A DNA stretch of 64,000 bases from a bacterium (GTDB lineage Bacteria; Patescibacteriota; Minisyncoccia; Phycocordibacterales; Phycocordibacteraceae). A program made the translations under genes and the position numbers. Location: positions 433,992 to 497,991 of the forward strand of contig JBBCGK010000001.1 of the NCBI GenBank assembly GCA_037200965.1. The letters run 5' to 3'. This document shows, piece by piece, positions 19,692 to 29,731 of this stretch. Below the pieces are notes generated by a model. It saw only the letters and a list, made by a program, of their open reading frames with translations. It was not told where the DNA came from and searched no databases. The first letter of the stretch is position 1. Each line of letters opens with the position of its first letter.

Positions 19692-20852
19692 CTGCGTGAT
19701 ATTTAGCCTTACCGGTTAGTTCCGGCAGATTCATTCGAGCTATTCGTGTCTCGAACTACTCAGGAACGGAAGCACAAGAGAGATCTCTATTTCGCGTACG
19801 GGGCCATTACCCTCTGGGGCGCTGCTTCCCAGCAGCTTCCGCTATAGAGACCTTTTGTAACTCCTGCCGTATAAATACGGCGCTTCCGCCCTACAACCCC
19901 GAAGATCGAAACCTTCGGTTTGGGCTCTTCCCGTTTCGCTCGCCGCTACTAAGGGAATCGCGAGAGACGTGTTCCACCCCCTCGACGAATCGAGGAGCCG
20001 GAACACGGCTCGCTGTTGTTTTCTATTCCTCCGGGTACTGAGATGTTTCACTTCCCCGGGTACGCTTCCATCCTCTGTCGAGGCGGATTCCCGATATACG
20101 GGAGGGTTTCCCCATTCGGAAATCTTCGGATCAAAGGCTATAAGCCGCCTCCCCGAAGCATATCGCTGGCTGATCGCGTCCTTCATCGCTCACGCAAGCC
20201 TAGGCATCCACCGTGCACCCTTATGTCTCCTGTGCGGAGATCTGTTCACCACAATCTGATAGCACTTGCATTTTGCTGACCGCACGGGCTTAGCCCATAC
20301 GGTTTTGCTTACCATCTATACGTATTCGTATGTCAAAGGGCGCACTATCCACGCGATTTTTCCGACTAAAAAACCGCTCAGAGGAGCGGTCGCATTTGCA
20401 TGCAAGGCCTTCCGGCCTTTATCCGCTACTCGTTGTTAGGGTTTTTCGGGTCGGTATCACGTGTAGGGAGAGTATAGGGGAGGGGGCAAAGGCTGTCAAC
20501 AAGGGCATGAGTGGGTGGTTTATAAGGTCCGCCCGCAGATTTGACAAGAATATAGAACTAGTCCATAGTTATATACGAAACAGTGGAGAGTCGGCCTAAA
20601 GGCCGATATGCTCATATGAAGCCAGGAGTTACGCCTCAGATGAAGGAAACAACCAGGACTGCTAAGGAGCGGCGCGAGCGGTCAAGAATTGCCATGTTGA
20701 TTGTCGGCATTCCTGTTATTTCGATCGTTCTGGCACTGATCGGGTTAGGGGTTCTTCTCTTGCATGGGCCCTTTTGACGGACTGATGTGTTGGGAGTGCG
20801 AAGCGAGCAATCGCTTCCCTCCCTGCCCATCGGTTTTTGTTTTTATAGACTA

Positions 20853-20892
20853 AAAACAAACACGCCGCGCTTCTGCGCGGCGTGTTTGTTTT
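20853..20892 (-). terminator. Rho-independent terminator (AAACAAACACGCCGCGC-TTCT-GCGCGGCGTGTTTGTTT) downstream of the membrane protein gene
   Basis: 17-bp perfect stem flanked by T/A runs, 15 nt after the stop at 20908. Confidence 0.6.
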
Positions 20893-20907
20893 AAAACCCG
20901 AGAAACC

Positions 20908-21588
20908 TTATCCGACCTGCTCGCGAACCTTGTCGATGTAGCGGGCAGCCGCTGCCTGGCCGCCAAGGCCGAAGGCAAGGCCCACCGCCAGGGAAACCGC
21001 GATGACGACGCCCGTGAAGAGGGTCTGCACGAAGGCGGTCGCGACCTGAAGCTGCGCGAGCGCCGCGAGGATCGCGAAGATCCAGATCGCCCATCTTGCG
21101 ACGGAGCCGAGGAAGTTCGCCGACGGCATGTTCGCCGCGCGCGCTGCGCCCGCGACGAGGTTCTGCACCACGTCCGCGATCACCGCTGCGACGAGAAGGA
21201 TAAGGACGGCCACGATAACCTGCGGGAGATACCCGAGCACTACTTCGCGAAGGAAGATCGTCACGTCGGAGAGCCCGAGTACGTCGAGGGACGCGATGAG
21301 GAACACGACGATGAAGAACCACTTGACCAGGGCGCCAAGGAACGCGCCGGAGTTAAGGGTGAATCCTGCGCGGGTGAGGACGCGCTCTACGCCCGCCGAA
21401 CGGAGCGCCTGATCGACGCGGATCGAGTTAATGATCTGCGCGACCACGCGGCCGACGCCTGCGCCGATAAGCCAACCGATGACGAAGATGATGATCGCGA
21501 CGACGAGCGTCGGGATGAACTGCACGAGGCCGTAGAAGAGACCCAAAAACGACTGGCTGAGCACGTCTGACCAAGTAGTGAGAAACAT
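20908..21588 (-). CDS. Membrane protein with duplicated conserved TM-helix repeats (MscS-related TM_helix-like family)
   Basis: Two similar hydrophobic repeat units (…GAGVGRVVAQIINSIRVDQAL… / …VAGAARAANMPSANFLGSVARW…). Family assignment tentative. Confidence 0.5.
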   Translation of the reverse strand: MFLTTWSDVLSQSFLGLFYGLVQFIPTLVVAIIIFVIGWLIGAGVGRVVAQIINSIRVDQALRSAGVERVLTRAGFTLNSGAFLGALVKWFFIVVFLIASLDVLGLSDVTIFLREVVLGYLPQVIVAVLILLVAAVIADVVQNLVAGAARAANMPSANFLGSVARWAIWIFAILAALAQLQVATAFVQTLFTGVVIAVSLAVGLAFGLGGQAAAARYIDKVREQVG

Positions 21589-21735
21589 AGTGTGGGTAGT
21601 TTTTATAATTGTCCCTCGAGGCTGCCTCTCTTGGAACGGTTATCCGGTAAAGCCGGCCCGGGTCTCCCCGTGTGGCCTGCTGTCTATAAGTGTAGCAGGG
21701 ATGGGCAAAAACAGCCTTTCGGGTGTGGATAGTTT

Positions 21736-22347
21736 TTAGGAAGGTTTGAGCCCTATTTTATCGAAAATGGCCCGGTGCGGATAGTCGAGAACGTTCCGTA
21801 TGAGGCGGTCGTAGACGCCCAGACGGTAGCGGAAGTCTTCCGTGGAGAACGAGGCGTAGCGTATCTCGCGCCCGAGCTCGGCTTCGATGCCGTGAACCGC
21901 TGCCTTAAGCGCCCGCTCGACAAGCTTGTCGCCTACGATAAGCAAGTCGATCTCGGATTCGGCGACGCCCGTGAAGAGCCCTGAAGTAACGACAAGGCGA
22001 AGAGTTCCTCCTTTTCTAAGTGCGGCCAGAACTTCGGCATTCTCCACGTTCGTCGTCGTGCGCACGAAGTCGGCAAGCGCGTCGTAATACGGGAAACGCT
22101 TCTCGGCGGCATACCCGCTTCCCCGCTTCTTGATAACGCCCGCGGCGGCAAGGGTGCTTATCTCCTTGCGCGCCGCGGCTTTTGAAAGCTTCGTCCGGAA
22201 TGCCGCGTCGGAAACGGAGAACGCGGATGCGGGGTTGAAAATGAAAAGACGAAGGAGCTTGAGGCGGGCGTTCGAGCCGAAGAGTTTCGCGAGCGGATCC
22301 ATATTCGATTCCGCGCATTCTACCGCGCTTCGAAGTCCCGTGTCCAA
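21736..22347 (-). CDS. Hypothetical protein (203 aa)
   Basis: ORF preceded by a terminator hairpin; no confident domain. Confidence 0.4.
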   Translation of the reverse strand: MDTGLRSAVECAESNMDPLAKLFGSNARLKLLRLFIFNPASAFSVSDAAFRTKLSKAAARKEISTLAAAGVIKKRGSGYAAEKRFPYYDALADFVRTTTNVENAEVLAALRKGGTLRLVVTSGLFTGVAESEIDLLIVGDKLVERALKAAVHGIEAELGREIRYASFSTEDFRYRLGVYDRLIRNVLDYPHRAIFDKIGLKPS

Positions 22348-22356
22348 GCCTTGACG

Positions 22357-22400
22357 AAAACAACAAAAAACGCCCTGTGGGGGCGTTTTTTGTTGTTTTC
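22357..22400 (-). terminator. Long hairpin terminator immediately downstream of rplL
   Basis: CGAAAACAACAAAAAACGCCC-TGTG-GGGCGTTTTTTGTTGTTTTCG, ~20-bp stem. Confidence 0.6.
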
Positions 22401-22409
22401 GCTTTCGGA

Positions 22410-22883
22410 TTATTTGAGCGTAACCTTCGCTCCTGCCTCCTCGAGCTTCTTCTTGAGTTCATCGGCTTCCTCCTTCTTCATGTCGGCCTTCACGACCGAC
22501 GGAGCCGCGTCGACGAGATCCTTCGCCTCCTTGAGACCAAGGCCGAGCGCCTCCTTCACCACCTTGATGACGGCGATCTTCGATGCGCCGGAGTCGGTAA
22601 GTTCGACGGTTGCGGTCGACTTCCCTTCCTCGGCGGGACCCGCGGCTGCGGGACCCGCGACCGCGACTGCCGCAGCCGAGACGCCGAACTTCTTCTCGAG
22701 CACCTTCACGAGTTCTGAGAGCTCAAGAACAGTCATGTTCTCAACTTCCTCGACAAGCTTCTTGAACTTTGCCGGTACCTCCACCTTCTCCTCTTCTTTC
22801 GGGGCTGCCGCAGGAGCCGGAGCCGCCTCCGGCGCAGCTGCCTCGGGGGCCGCCGCTTCCTCTACCTTCTTTTCTTCGTCCAT
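22410..22883 (-). CDS. rplL: 50S ribosomal protein L7/L12 with an Ala/Pro/Glu-rich N-terminal extension
   Basis: ...[23 protein letters not shown]...[31 protein letters not shown]...[10 protein letters not shown]. Confidence 0.85.
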   Translation of the reverse strand: MDEEKKVEEAAAPEAAAPEAAPAPAAAPKEEEKVEVPAKFKKLVEEVENMTVLELSELVKVLEKKFGVSAAAVAVAGPAAAGPAEEGKSTATVELTDSGASKIAVIKVVKEALGLGLKEAKDLVDAAPSVVKADMKKEEADELKKKLEEAGAKVTLK

Positions 22884-22908
22884 AGTAATGAGTTAAATGG
22901 GAATAAAG

Positions 22909-23403
22909 TTATGCCGCTTTCTTTTCCGCGATCTTGTTGAGCGCGACCACGAATCCCTGGATAGGGCTATTGATCACGTTCACGAACATGCCGCGAAGCA
23001 CCGGTACCGGCGGGATGGTGGCGATGGCCGTCATCTGGCCCGCATCCGCGAATGCGTTCTCGAACACGCCGCCGACAATCGCGAGCGCTTCCTTGAGCTT
23101 CTTCGCGTGCTCGTAGATCGAGCGGGCGGGAAGCGTCGCGTCTCCCTTGCCCCAGGCGATCGCGATTTCTCCGGCAAGCTCCGGAACGTCTCCGGTATAG
23201 CCTCGCTCGGCGAGCGCGCGACGGATAAGCGTCTTCTTCGCGACATAGAACCCGACGCCCTCGGCGCGAAGCGCCTTGCGCATTTTGGTCGTGTCCGCGA
23301 CCGAAAGCTTGTGGAAGCGCACGAATACGACCGAAGCCGCTTCGCCAAGCGCGCCCTTGAGCTTTTCAACGATGTCTACTTTCTTTTGTTTGGTGATTGC
23401 CAT
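22909..23403 (-). CDS. rplJ: 50S ribosomal protein L10
   Basis: MAITKQKKVDIVEKLKGALGEAASVVFVRFHKLSVADTTKMRKALR... Start at the internal Met (the six-frame ORF over-extends upstream). Confidence 0.8.
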   Translation of the reverse strand: MAITKQKKVDIVEKLKGALGEAASVVFVRFHKLSVADTTKMRKALRAEGVGFYVAKKTLIRRALAERGYTGDVPELAGEIAIAWGKGDATLPARSIYEHAKKLKEALAIVGGVFENAFADAGQMTAIATIPPVPVLRGMFVNVINSPIQGFVVALNKIAEKKAA

Positions 23404-23660
23404 GTGATTTGTTAGTACGAAACGACACTGGTCCCGGAAGCTTTCGCTTCCGGGACCGAAGGAGGGCTCGACCTCTTTCACCCCGCATGAGGGGATCAAG
23501 ATGTGCCTCGGCAGGGTTTACGGCCTTTCGGGCCACCTGCTGTCTTCGGTCCGTACCCGGCCACCATACTAAATGGTGGCCGATAAGGCAAGCGCCGCTT
23601 CATGAAGGTTCTTCATGAAATCTTCGTAATCCGTAGGTTCTACTGATTGCGTTCCCCTTA
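23404..23660 (-). promoter_or_regulatory. Structured rplJL leader (candidate L10 autoregulatory leader)
   Basis: ~250-nt untranslated region with several GC-rich hairpins (e.g. GGTCCCGGAAGC...GCTTCCGGGACC) upstream of rplJ. Confidence 0.35.
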
Positions 23661-23681
23661 GAAACCGTTACCCTCTACACT

Positions 23682-24359
23682 ATGCGCATCCTTATCGTGG
23701 AAGACGAGCCGCAGCTCGCCGAAAACCTCAAGAAGGGCCTTGAAATGAAGGGGTTCGCCGTCGACTGGGTCGCCGAGAGCGAGAAGGCGCGGACCCGGAT
23801 CATGCTCTATAAGAACGAGTACGACCTCATACTCCTTGACCTCATGCTTCCGGGCCTCGGAGGCGACGCCATCTGCCGGGAAGCCAGGGAAGCGGGGGTG
23901 AAGACGCCGATCATTATCCTCACCGCCAAGGCCGAAGCCGAAGAGAAGGTGTCGCTCCTCAACTCGGGAGCGGACGACTACGTCGTAAAGCCGTTCTCGT
24001 TCGACGAGCTTGTCGCCCGCATAAACGCCGTGCTGCGGCGCCCCGAAAGCGCGCTTCCCGCCGCGCTTACCGTCCGCGATATCATTCTTGACCCGGCAAC
24101 GAGACAAGTCACCAAAGCCGGCGAGAAAATCGCGCTTACACTCAAGGAATACTCTCTCCTCGAATACTTCATGCGCCGGCCGGGCGAAGCGCTTACCCGG
24201 GAAGACGTGCTCGATCATGTCTGGAATTTCGACTTCTCCGGGTTCAGTAACGTGCTTGACGTGCATATGAAGAATCTCCGCAAGAAGCTCGACGATTACG
24301 CGGGCGGCACTCCCCTCTTCGAGACGGTGCGGGGCGTAGGGTACCGCCTGAATCCGTAA
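23682..24359 (+). CDS. OmpR/PhoB-family response regulator
   Basis: Receiver domain (ILIVEDEP...LDLMLPG...K) plus a winged-helix C-terminal domain (...VWNFDF...VDVHMKNLRKKL...GVGYRL). Confidence 0.85.
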   Translation: MRILIVEDEPQLAENLKKGLEMKGFAVDWVAESEKARTRIMLYKNEYDLILLDLMLPGLGGDAICREAREAGVKTPIIILTAKAEAEEKVSLLNSGADDYVVKPFSFDELVARINAVLRRPESALPAALTVRDIILDPATRQVTKAGEKIALTLKEYSLLEYFMRRPGEALTREDVLDHVWNFDFSGFSNVLDVHMKNLRKKLDDYAGGTPLFETVRGVGYRLNP

Positions 24360-24360
24360 C

Positions 24361-24528
24361 ATGGCCGATATCCCCCACGACATCCGCAGTTCCCTCGCGA
24401 TCATCAAGAGCGGTACCGAACTCGCGCTCATGAATCCCGGGCTTGATCCTGAGTCGAAAAAGATATTCGATTCCACGCTTCGCGAAATCGACCGCATACA
24501 CGAACTTCTGAAACAGCTTCCGAAATAA
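24361..24528 (+). CDS. 55-aa HisKA-like micro-ORF (possible remnant of the cognate sensor kinase)
   Basis: PHDIRSSLAII resembles the H-box (SHELRTPL) of histidine kinases. Starts 1 nt after the response-regulator stop; no ATPase domain follows. Confidence 0.3.
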   Translation: MADIPHDIRSSLAIIKSGTELALMNPGLDPESKKIFDSTLREIDRIHELLKQLPK

Positions 24529-24541
24529 AATCCGGGTAAAT

Positions 24542-24569
24542 CAAAACCGCCCCGTACGGGGCGGTTTTG
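24542..24569. terminator. Bidirectional hairpin terminator (CAAAACCGCCCC-GTAC-GGGGCGGTTTTG)
   Basis: Perfect 12-bp stem between convergent genes. Confidence 0.6.
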
Positions 24570-24586
24570 ATTTCTAGCGTGAGAAT

Positions 24587-26143
24587 TTACTTAATCCACG
24601 CACGGGTCTTCGGACCGAAGTAGCCAGCAGCAGGCGTGATGCCGACCGATGCCTGGTACTTTGCGAGCGCGGCCTGGGTAAGGGCCCCGAAGAGGTCGGT
24701 TTCCATACCAGCCGACCCTGGTCCCGTCGCGGCGACCATGAAGCCATGTGCGTTGAGCCACATCTGGAGAGCCTTCACGTCGGCTCCGCTTGAACCGATG
24801 GTGAGGTCGCGGGTGAAGGAAGCCGAAACTCCTCCCATCGCGTTTGCCTGCGCCATAAGTGCTGCGAGCTGCGCGTTGAGGGCTGCAAGCTGCGCTTCTA
24901 CGCTCGTCGAGGTGGTAGTCGTGGTGGTGGTAGAACCGGAAGTGCTCGAGCTCGAAGAAGACGAGCCGCCGGAGCTGTGGTGATGGCTTCCGCCACCGCC
25001 ACCGTTTGTGCTTCCCGCGCCCGCTCCCACTTCAACGTCGGTGCTGTAAGTGAAGGCGGTTCCTGCGACAGCGGCCGTACAGGTAACCATGACATCGTCT
25101 TCGGTACAGGTGACATCCGTATTCGAAGCAAGCTGCCCGTTCAGTGCTTCAACGACCTGCTGGGCAGTAACATCGGTTCCGGAGCTGTAACTATAATCAG
25201 TATCGTTGATCGTTACCGTGTACTTCGCGCGAATGACGCTTCCCGGAGTAAAGGTAACTACCTGTGCGGTCGTGCCGTAGTTAGAATCGCCAAGGACGAT
25301 TGACCCGTTCGCTCCGTTCGCCCGCGTGAAGGTCAGGTTGGCCGCGCTCGGGTTCGTTACAACGTATGCGCCCGTCGAGCCGTAGCTGGTACCGCCGGTG
25401 TACGTAGCAGCAGCGAGAGCCGCAGCAACTTGATTCGCGGTGAGCACGGACGTGCCGAGGTTGATGACGACACCGTCAACCGTCACCGAATGGTCGCCAG
25501 CGTTTGCCGGGAGACCAGCGGGAATGACGACGGTCGTCGTTGCCGGGATGGCGTTTGCGCCCCCGGCAAGCGCGGTGAGCGTAAATCCTGCGTTCGTCAC
25601 GCCTTCGGCCCAATAGCCAGAGTTGACGGCAATATTTCCTGCTGCGCCAGCCGTGTCGTTTGTCAGGACCAGGATTCCCCCGCCGCTGTTAGAGGACGTA
25701 ATGGTGAGTGCGGAGGTGACTCCATTGATTGCCGTGTTGATAAGTGCGGCAACGCTTGCGGCGTCGGTCGCGGCGCTAACTGCGATCTCGATGCCTCCTG
25801 CTACGCCGTTGGCATCTTTACAAGCCTGGGCCGTACCCGCATCGCTTGAAAGCGAGTTATCCACGTCGAAGTAGAAACAGACCGCGGTCGCGGCGACTCC
25901 GGTGTGCGAGAGGATGAAGTAATCGTTGTTCGCGAGGTTCGCTTTCGCGACGGCCGTCAGGGTTGACGTTGCCGCGATTGCTACGGTACCGCCGGTAAGG
26001 GCGATAGCCGGGATCGAAGCGGTCTCGGTATTGGCCACAGTTTCCTGTGCGGTCAGGGTCGGCGTGACCGCTGCAAGCCCGACCGAAGGAAGGACAAGAA
26101 GCGCGAGCGCCAGGACCGGGGTTAATAGGGCAAGCTTTTTCAT
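24587..26143 (-). CDS. Secreted cell-surface protein with a C-terminal coiled-coil and peptidoglycan-binding domain
   Basis: Signal peptide MKKLALLTPVLALALLVLPSVGLAA; T/S/G-rich body; AQLAALNAQLAALMAQ then FTRDLTIGSSGADVKALQMWLNAHGF...GYFGPKTRAWI (PG_binding_1-like). Confidence 0.6.
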   Translation of the reverse strand: MKKLALLTPVLALALLVLPSVGLAAVTPTLTAQETVANTETASIPAIALTGGTVAIAATSTLTAVAKANLANNDYFILSHTGVAATAVCFYFDVDNSLSSDAGTAQACKDANGVAGGIEIAVSAATDAASVAALINTAINGVTSALTITSSNSGGGILVLTNDTAGAAGNIAVNSGYWAEGVTNAGFTLTALAGGANAIPATTTVVIPAGLPANAGDHSVTVDGVVINLGTSVLTANQVAAALAAATYTGGTSYGSTGAYVVTNPSAANLTFTRANGANGSIVLGDSNYGTTAQVVTFTPGSVIRAKYTVTINDTDYSYSSGTDVTAQQVVEALNGQLASNTDVTCTEDDVMVTCTAAVAGTAFTYSTDVEVGAGAGSTNGGGGGSHHHSSGGSSSSSSSTSGSTTTTTTTSTSVEAQLAALNAQLAALMAQANAMGGVSASFTRDLTIGSSGADVKALQMWLNAHGFMVAATGPGSAGMETDLFGALTQAALAKYQASVGITPAAGYFGPKTRAWIK

Positions 26144-26243
26144 CGTTAAATTAAAGTTGAGACTAATAAATACTTCTTCAGTATACCTACGCACTCCGCA
26201 TGAAGATAAGTTATCCCCCATTGGTTCTTCCCTCCCTCAAACG

Positions 26244-26272
26244 CAAAACCCCCGCTTTCGCGGGGGTTTTGC
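26244..26272 (-). terminator. Hairpin terminator (AAAACCCCCGC-TTTC-GCGGGGGTTTT) downstream of the 26326-28302 gene
   Basis: Perfect 11-bp stem ~55 nt after the stop. Confidence 0.55.
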
Positions 26273-26325
26273 TGCCTGACAACTCGTCTGGCTAACGTGT
26301 TCCGGAACGAATCCCGGAAAGCTCG

Positions 26326-28302
26326 TTAGTCAGCCGTGATGTACACAGCGTCGGTCTCGTAGTCCGCATTGTCGAGGTCGACATTGAACTTCGAGAGCGG
26401 CGTGAGGTCATTCTCTACAGAGTAGTTGACCTCAGCGAGCTGGATCGCGTACTGACCGGTGCCGGTCAAGGTGAGCGGATCAAGAGTGACGGTGAGCGTG
26501 AACGTTTCCGTCGCGCCTGCGTCAACCTTGAAGTTTCCGTTCTTCGTGTGCGCCGTCGAAGAAAGCGTTGCCGTCTTCGAGTCGAACGCGACCGAGGTGG
26601 TTGCACCGTTCTTGATGATGTCGTAGACCGCACCGGCAGTGTCGTTGCCAAGCGTCGAGCTTGCAGCCGTCTTACCGATGAAGATCGGATCATCCTCGTC
26701 AGCCGTCACATCGAACTTGATGATGAAGGTACCGTACGCATCGGAGTTGTCGGTCGAAGCCGTTACCGATTGCGAGGTGCTCTTCGGCGCGACATCGAAG
26801 CCGGTCTCCGAGACCATGTGGTCTTCAGAGGTTGCCGAGCCGGAGATGTCGGTCGATTCGACTTCGTCACCGCTTTCGACGCCCTCAGCCTCTACGCTCG
26901 AGTGATCGATCGCGAAGGTGATGGTGTTCGGAAGGTCGGAAGCGTATCCGCTGTCCGAAGCGAACTCGACGGAGAGGGTGAAGGTCTTGGTGCTGTCACC
27001 GTCAACCTGCGCCTCAATGTCGTCAAAGTCGATGGTTCCGTCATCGTTGATGTCGCCATCGTACTCATCATCGCCGTCGGAGACGGTCGCCTTCCGGATG
27101 ATATCCGATACATCGGCGGTGTTGAAGAGATCAGAGCTCGTCGCGACCGTGATGGTGAAGTCGGTGATGAGCGTATCCGCGTTGTCCTTGTTGCGGACAT
27201 CCCATGCGAATACGTCATATGCGTCCGAGGACTGGTCGTTCTCGACCTTAAGGGTCGTGGCATCCGGATTCTCGTCGCTTTCGCGGATCGAGAGGTCACC
27301 GTTCTCCTCGGCCTGGAAGTCGAAGCCAACCTTGTCGCTCGTCTTACCCGTGTACTGCTGGATGCCAGCGGCATCGATTGCGCGGATACCCTGGTCGGTC
27401 TCTACGGAGAGATCGAAGGATCCGTCATCGACATCGTCGTCGTCCATGTTGTCCGCGATGTCCGCTGCGAAGGTGAGCTCGGCAGTGCTGCCGTCCCTCA
27501 CCATGTAATCGAAGCCGGAAACCGAGATAGTGTAGACGCCGTCATCCTGGTCATCCCAATCGGCACGGCTGTCGGCATTGACATCGGCAAGCTTCTTGCC
27601 GTTGCCCCATACCGAGATCGTGTCGAAGTAGTCCCAAGGGCGCTCGCTTGCGGAACCCGAACCGGTGAATTCCACCGTGAGTTCTGCGCGCTGCACGTTC
27701 ACGTCACCGCCGTCAACGTCGAACTTCGCCGTTGCAAGCTTGACGTCCTGCTCGCCTTCCGCGCCGTCTCCGTCCTCCGAGCGGAGGTCGAAGTCAGTGA
27801 GGTCCGCCTCGCCGCCCTTAAGGGTCGTCGTGGTGGTCGTGGTCGAGCCGCCAGTCGTGGTGGTCGTGGTGGTCGTAGCGGACATCGAAGCGACCTTGGC
27901 GCGAGTGATCGGACCGAAGTAGCCTGCTGCCGGGCTTACGCCGTTTGCAGCCTGCCATGCGGCGAGAGCCGCCTTGGTCTGAGCACCGAAGTAGCCGGTT
28001 GCGCCAGCTGGGATCGCGAAGCCTTTCGCGATGAGCCAGGTCTGGAGCGCGGTTACGTCTGCGCCGGTCGAACCGATGGTGAGGTCACGAGTGAACGTGG
28101 TGCTCGTCGTGGTGGTCGTAGAGCCGTTCACCTGCGCCTGAAGCGCTGCGATGGTCTGCATGAGCGTCGCGATCTGCGCCTGGAGATCCGCCTGGCTCTG
28201 TGCGTGTGCCGGAGCAACTGCCGCAACAAAGGAAAGCGAAGCCGCCATAGCGAGACCGGCCGCAACTGCAGCGATCTTGGAGATCGAAGTTGCTTTAGTC
28301 AT
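26326..28302 (-). CDS. Secreted acidic surface protein with an N-terminal coiled-coil, PG-binding domain and Thr-rich linkers
   Basis: Signal peptide; QADLQAQIATLMQTIAALQAQV; FTRDLTIGSTGADVTALQTWLIAKGF...GYFGPITRAKV; long D/E-rich C-terminal region. Confidence 0.6.
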   Translation of the reverse strand: MTKATSISKIAAVAAGLAMAASLSFVAAVAPAHAQSQADLQAQIATLMQTIAALQAQVNGSTTTTTSTTFTRDLTIGSTGADVTALQTWLIAKGFAIPAGATGYFGAQTKAALAAWQAANGVSPAAGYFGPITRAKVASMSATTTTTTTTGGSTTTTTTTLKGGEADLTDFDLRSEDGDGAEGEQDVKLATAKFDVDGGDVNVQRAELTVEFTGSGSASERPWDYFDTISVWGNGKKLADVNADSRADWDDQDDGVYTISVSGFDYMVRDGSTAELTFAADIADNMDDDDVDDGSFDLSVETDQGIRAIDAAGIQQYTGKTSDKVGFDFQAEENGDLSIRESDENPDATTLKVENDQSSDAYDVFAWDVRNKDNADTLITDFTITVATSSDLFNTADVSDIIRKATVSDGDDEYDGDINDDGTIDFDDIEAQVDGDSTKTFTLSVEFASDSGYASDLPNTITFAIDHSSVEAEGVESGDEVESTDISGSATSEDHMVSETGFDVAPKSTSQSVTASTDNSDAYGTFIIKFDVTADEDDPIFIGKTAASSTLGNDTAGAVYDIIKNGATTSVAFDSKTATLSSTAHTKNGNFKVDAGATETFTLTVTLDPLTLTGTGQYAIQLAEVNYSVENDLTPLSKFNVDLDNADYETDAVYITAD

Positions 28303-28840
28303 AACTTGGTGTGCTTGTTTAATTTGGAACGCATGCGTCCGCGGCGTAACTGATAAGGTGCCGCGGCGCGCATGCGCGTTTTAAGTAATGTGAGTTCGCA
28401 CAAGAACTTCGCACTTTCAAACTACCCCGCGAAACGCGGTATCGACCTGCGCTCCCCGGGTTAGTTGGCAAGGTTTGGCGGAATTCGGCGGTTCTTTCGT
28501 AGAGGTAAAGCGGTCGTTCGGTACTCCGTTTTAGCAAACGGGCAAACACGCGGATGCTCCCGCGATTTTCTATGTACGCGCTTTCACGCGTTATTTCATT
28601 TTCAAAGTCCGGTCACTTCTGCCTGCTGCCCCGTATACAGTGACTGGATCAAAGTATACGGGATAGCCGCGGCGTTCTATACCGCAAGAAGCCTGTATGA
28701 ATGTGGATAACCGACTCCGCCTGGAAAACACAAAGAGGCCGTTTCCGGCCGCAGTCGTGATTACCGGTAGGTCGTCACCACATATAGAAGATACCTCCTG
28801 CGGCGGCCTAAGTCAATCTACCTCTAACTACCCAAAGAAA

Positions 28841-29626
28841 TTATGAAGGCTGCCCGGCAAGGCGATATGAGGTCCACCTGCGTTCCCCCGCTTTAATCAC
28901 AACTCCTTCATCGACAAGGGCCTGGAGCTCCCGCTGGATAGTCTTCTCGCTTACGTCTCGTATTACCATCGAAACATCCTTTATATAGAGGGGGCCTTTC
29001 CCGCGCAGTACGGCAAGTACGGCATCGCGGCGTCCTGATTTGCGCGGTTTGTCCGATATTTGTCCTATATGTCCTATATGCTCCGGGCGGTTCGCCGGTG
29101 TCCCCGGACGCGATTGCGGAATGGGTTTTACAAGCGTCTGAATGTTTCTTTGCGTCAGGATCTTGGCGAGTTCGGCAAGGGTCGGCGTGTTCTCAAGCAT
29201 GACGCGCGGCTCCTCATAGGCAGCAACTTCCTGGAGAAGTTCCCGGGCCTCATGCGCGATTAGGTCGGCATTCATGGAAGAGAGGAGGCCTCCGGTACGG
29301 GCGATCGCCAAAACACTTGAGAGCGCAAGAAGCTCGCGGGAAAGAGCCTCGCGCGCTTCTCGCGGTGCGAGTATCGCGCCGTCTATGAGGCCGACGGCGA
29401 CCGCGTCGATCTTGTCTCTTAGAGAGGGCGCGCGGGAAAATGCCGGACTTACTAAATGCACGGCTTTCGCGAGGCGCTCCGCTTTCTTGTAAATGAATAC
29501 GCGACGTATGTCCTTATCGAATATGTTGGAGAATATGCTCTTCTCTAGGACAAAGTCAGACAAGTCGGGGTTATAAGGACGCTGTGCGCTTGACTGGATT
29601 TCTGGATGTTGTCCTTTTTCCGCCAT
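28841..29626 (-). CDS. Hypothetical protein with a C-terminal winged-helix (putative transcriptional regulator)
   Basis: C-terminus RRDAVLAVLRGKGPLYIKDVSMVIRDVSEKTIQRELQALVDEGVVIKAGERRWTSYRL resembles a DeoR/MarR-type wHTH. Confidence 0.4.
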   Translation of the reverse strand: MAEKGQHPEIQSSAQRPYNPDLSDFVLEKSIFSNIFDKDIRRVFIYKKAERLAKAVHLVSPAFSRAPSLRDKIDAVAVGLIDGAILAPREAREALSRELLALSSVLAIARTGGLLSSMNADLIAHEARELLQEVAAYEEPRVMLENTPTLAELAKILTQRNIQTLVKPIPQSRPGTPANRPEHIGHIGQISDKPRKSGRRDAVLAVLRGKGPLYIKDVSMVIRDVSEKTIQRELQALVDEGVVIKAGERRWTSYRLAGQPS

Positions 29627-29731
29627 AAAGTCTTTTATGTAGTTCGTCCTTGAGAAGGAGTATATGTCTTATATACCGCTCGCGCAAATGTGTATAACAC
29701 CGCCAGAAAACCTAAGTGGTACAATGCTTAA

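Noticed and set aside
20250-20880. Small ORFs upstream of 23S (20330-20599, 20583-20777 with a predicted TM helix)
   Set aside because: The region is the expected 23S promoter and leader. The ORFs are short, lack RBS context and show no conservation cues, so they are left unannotated.
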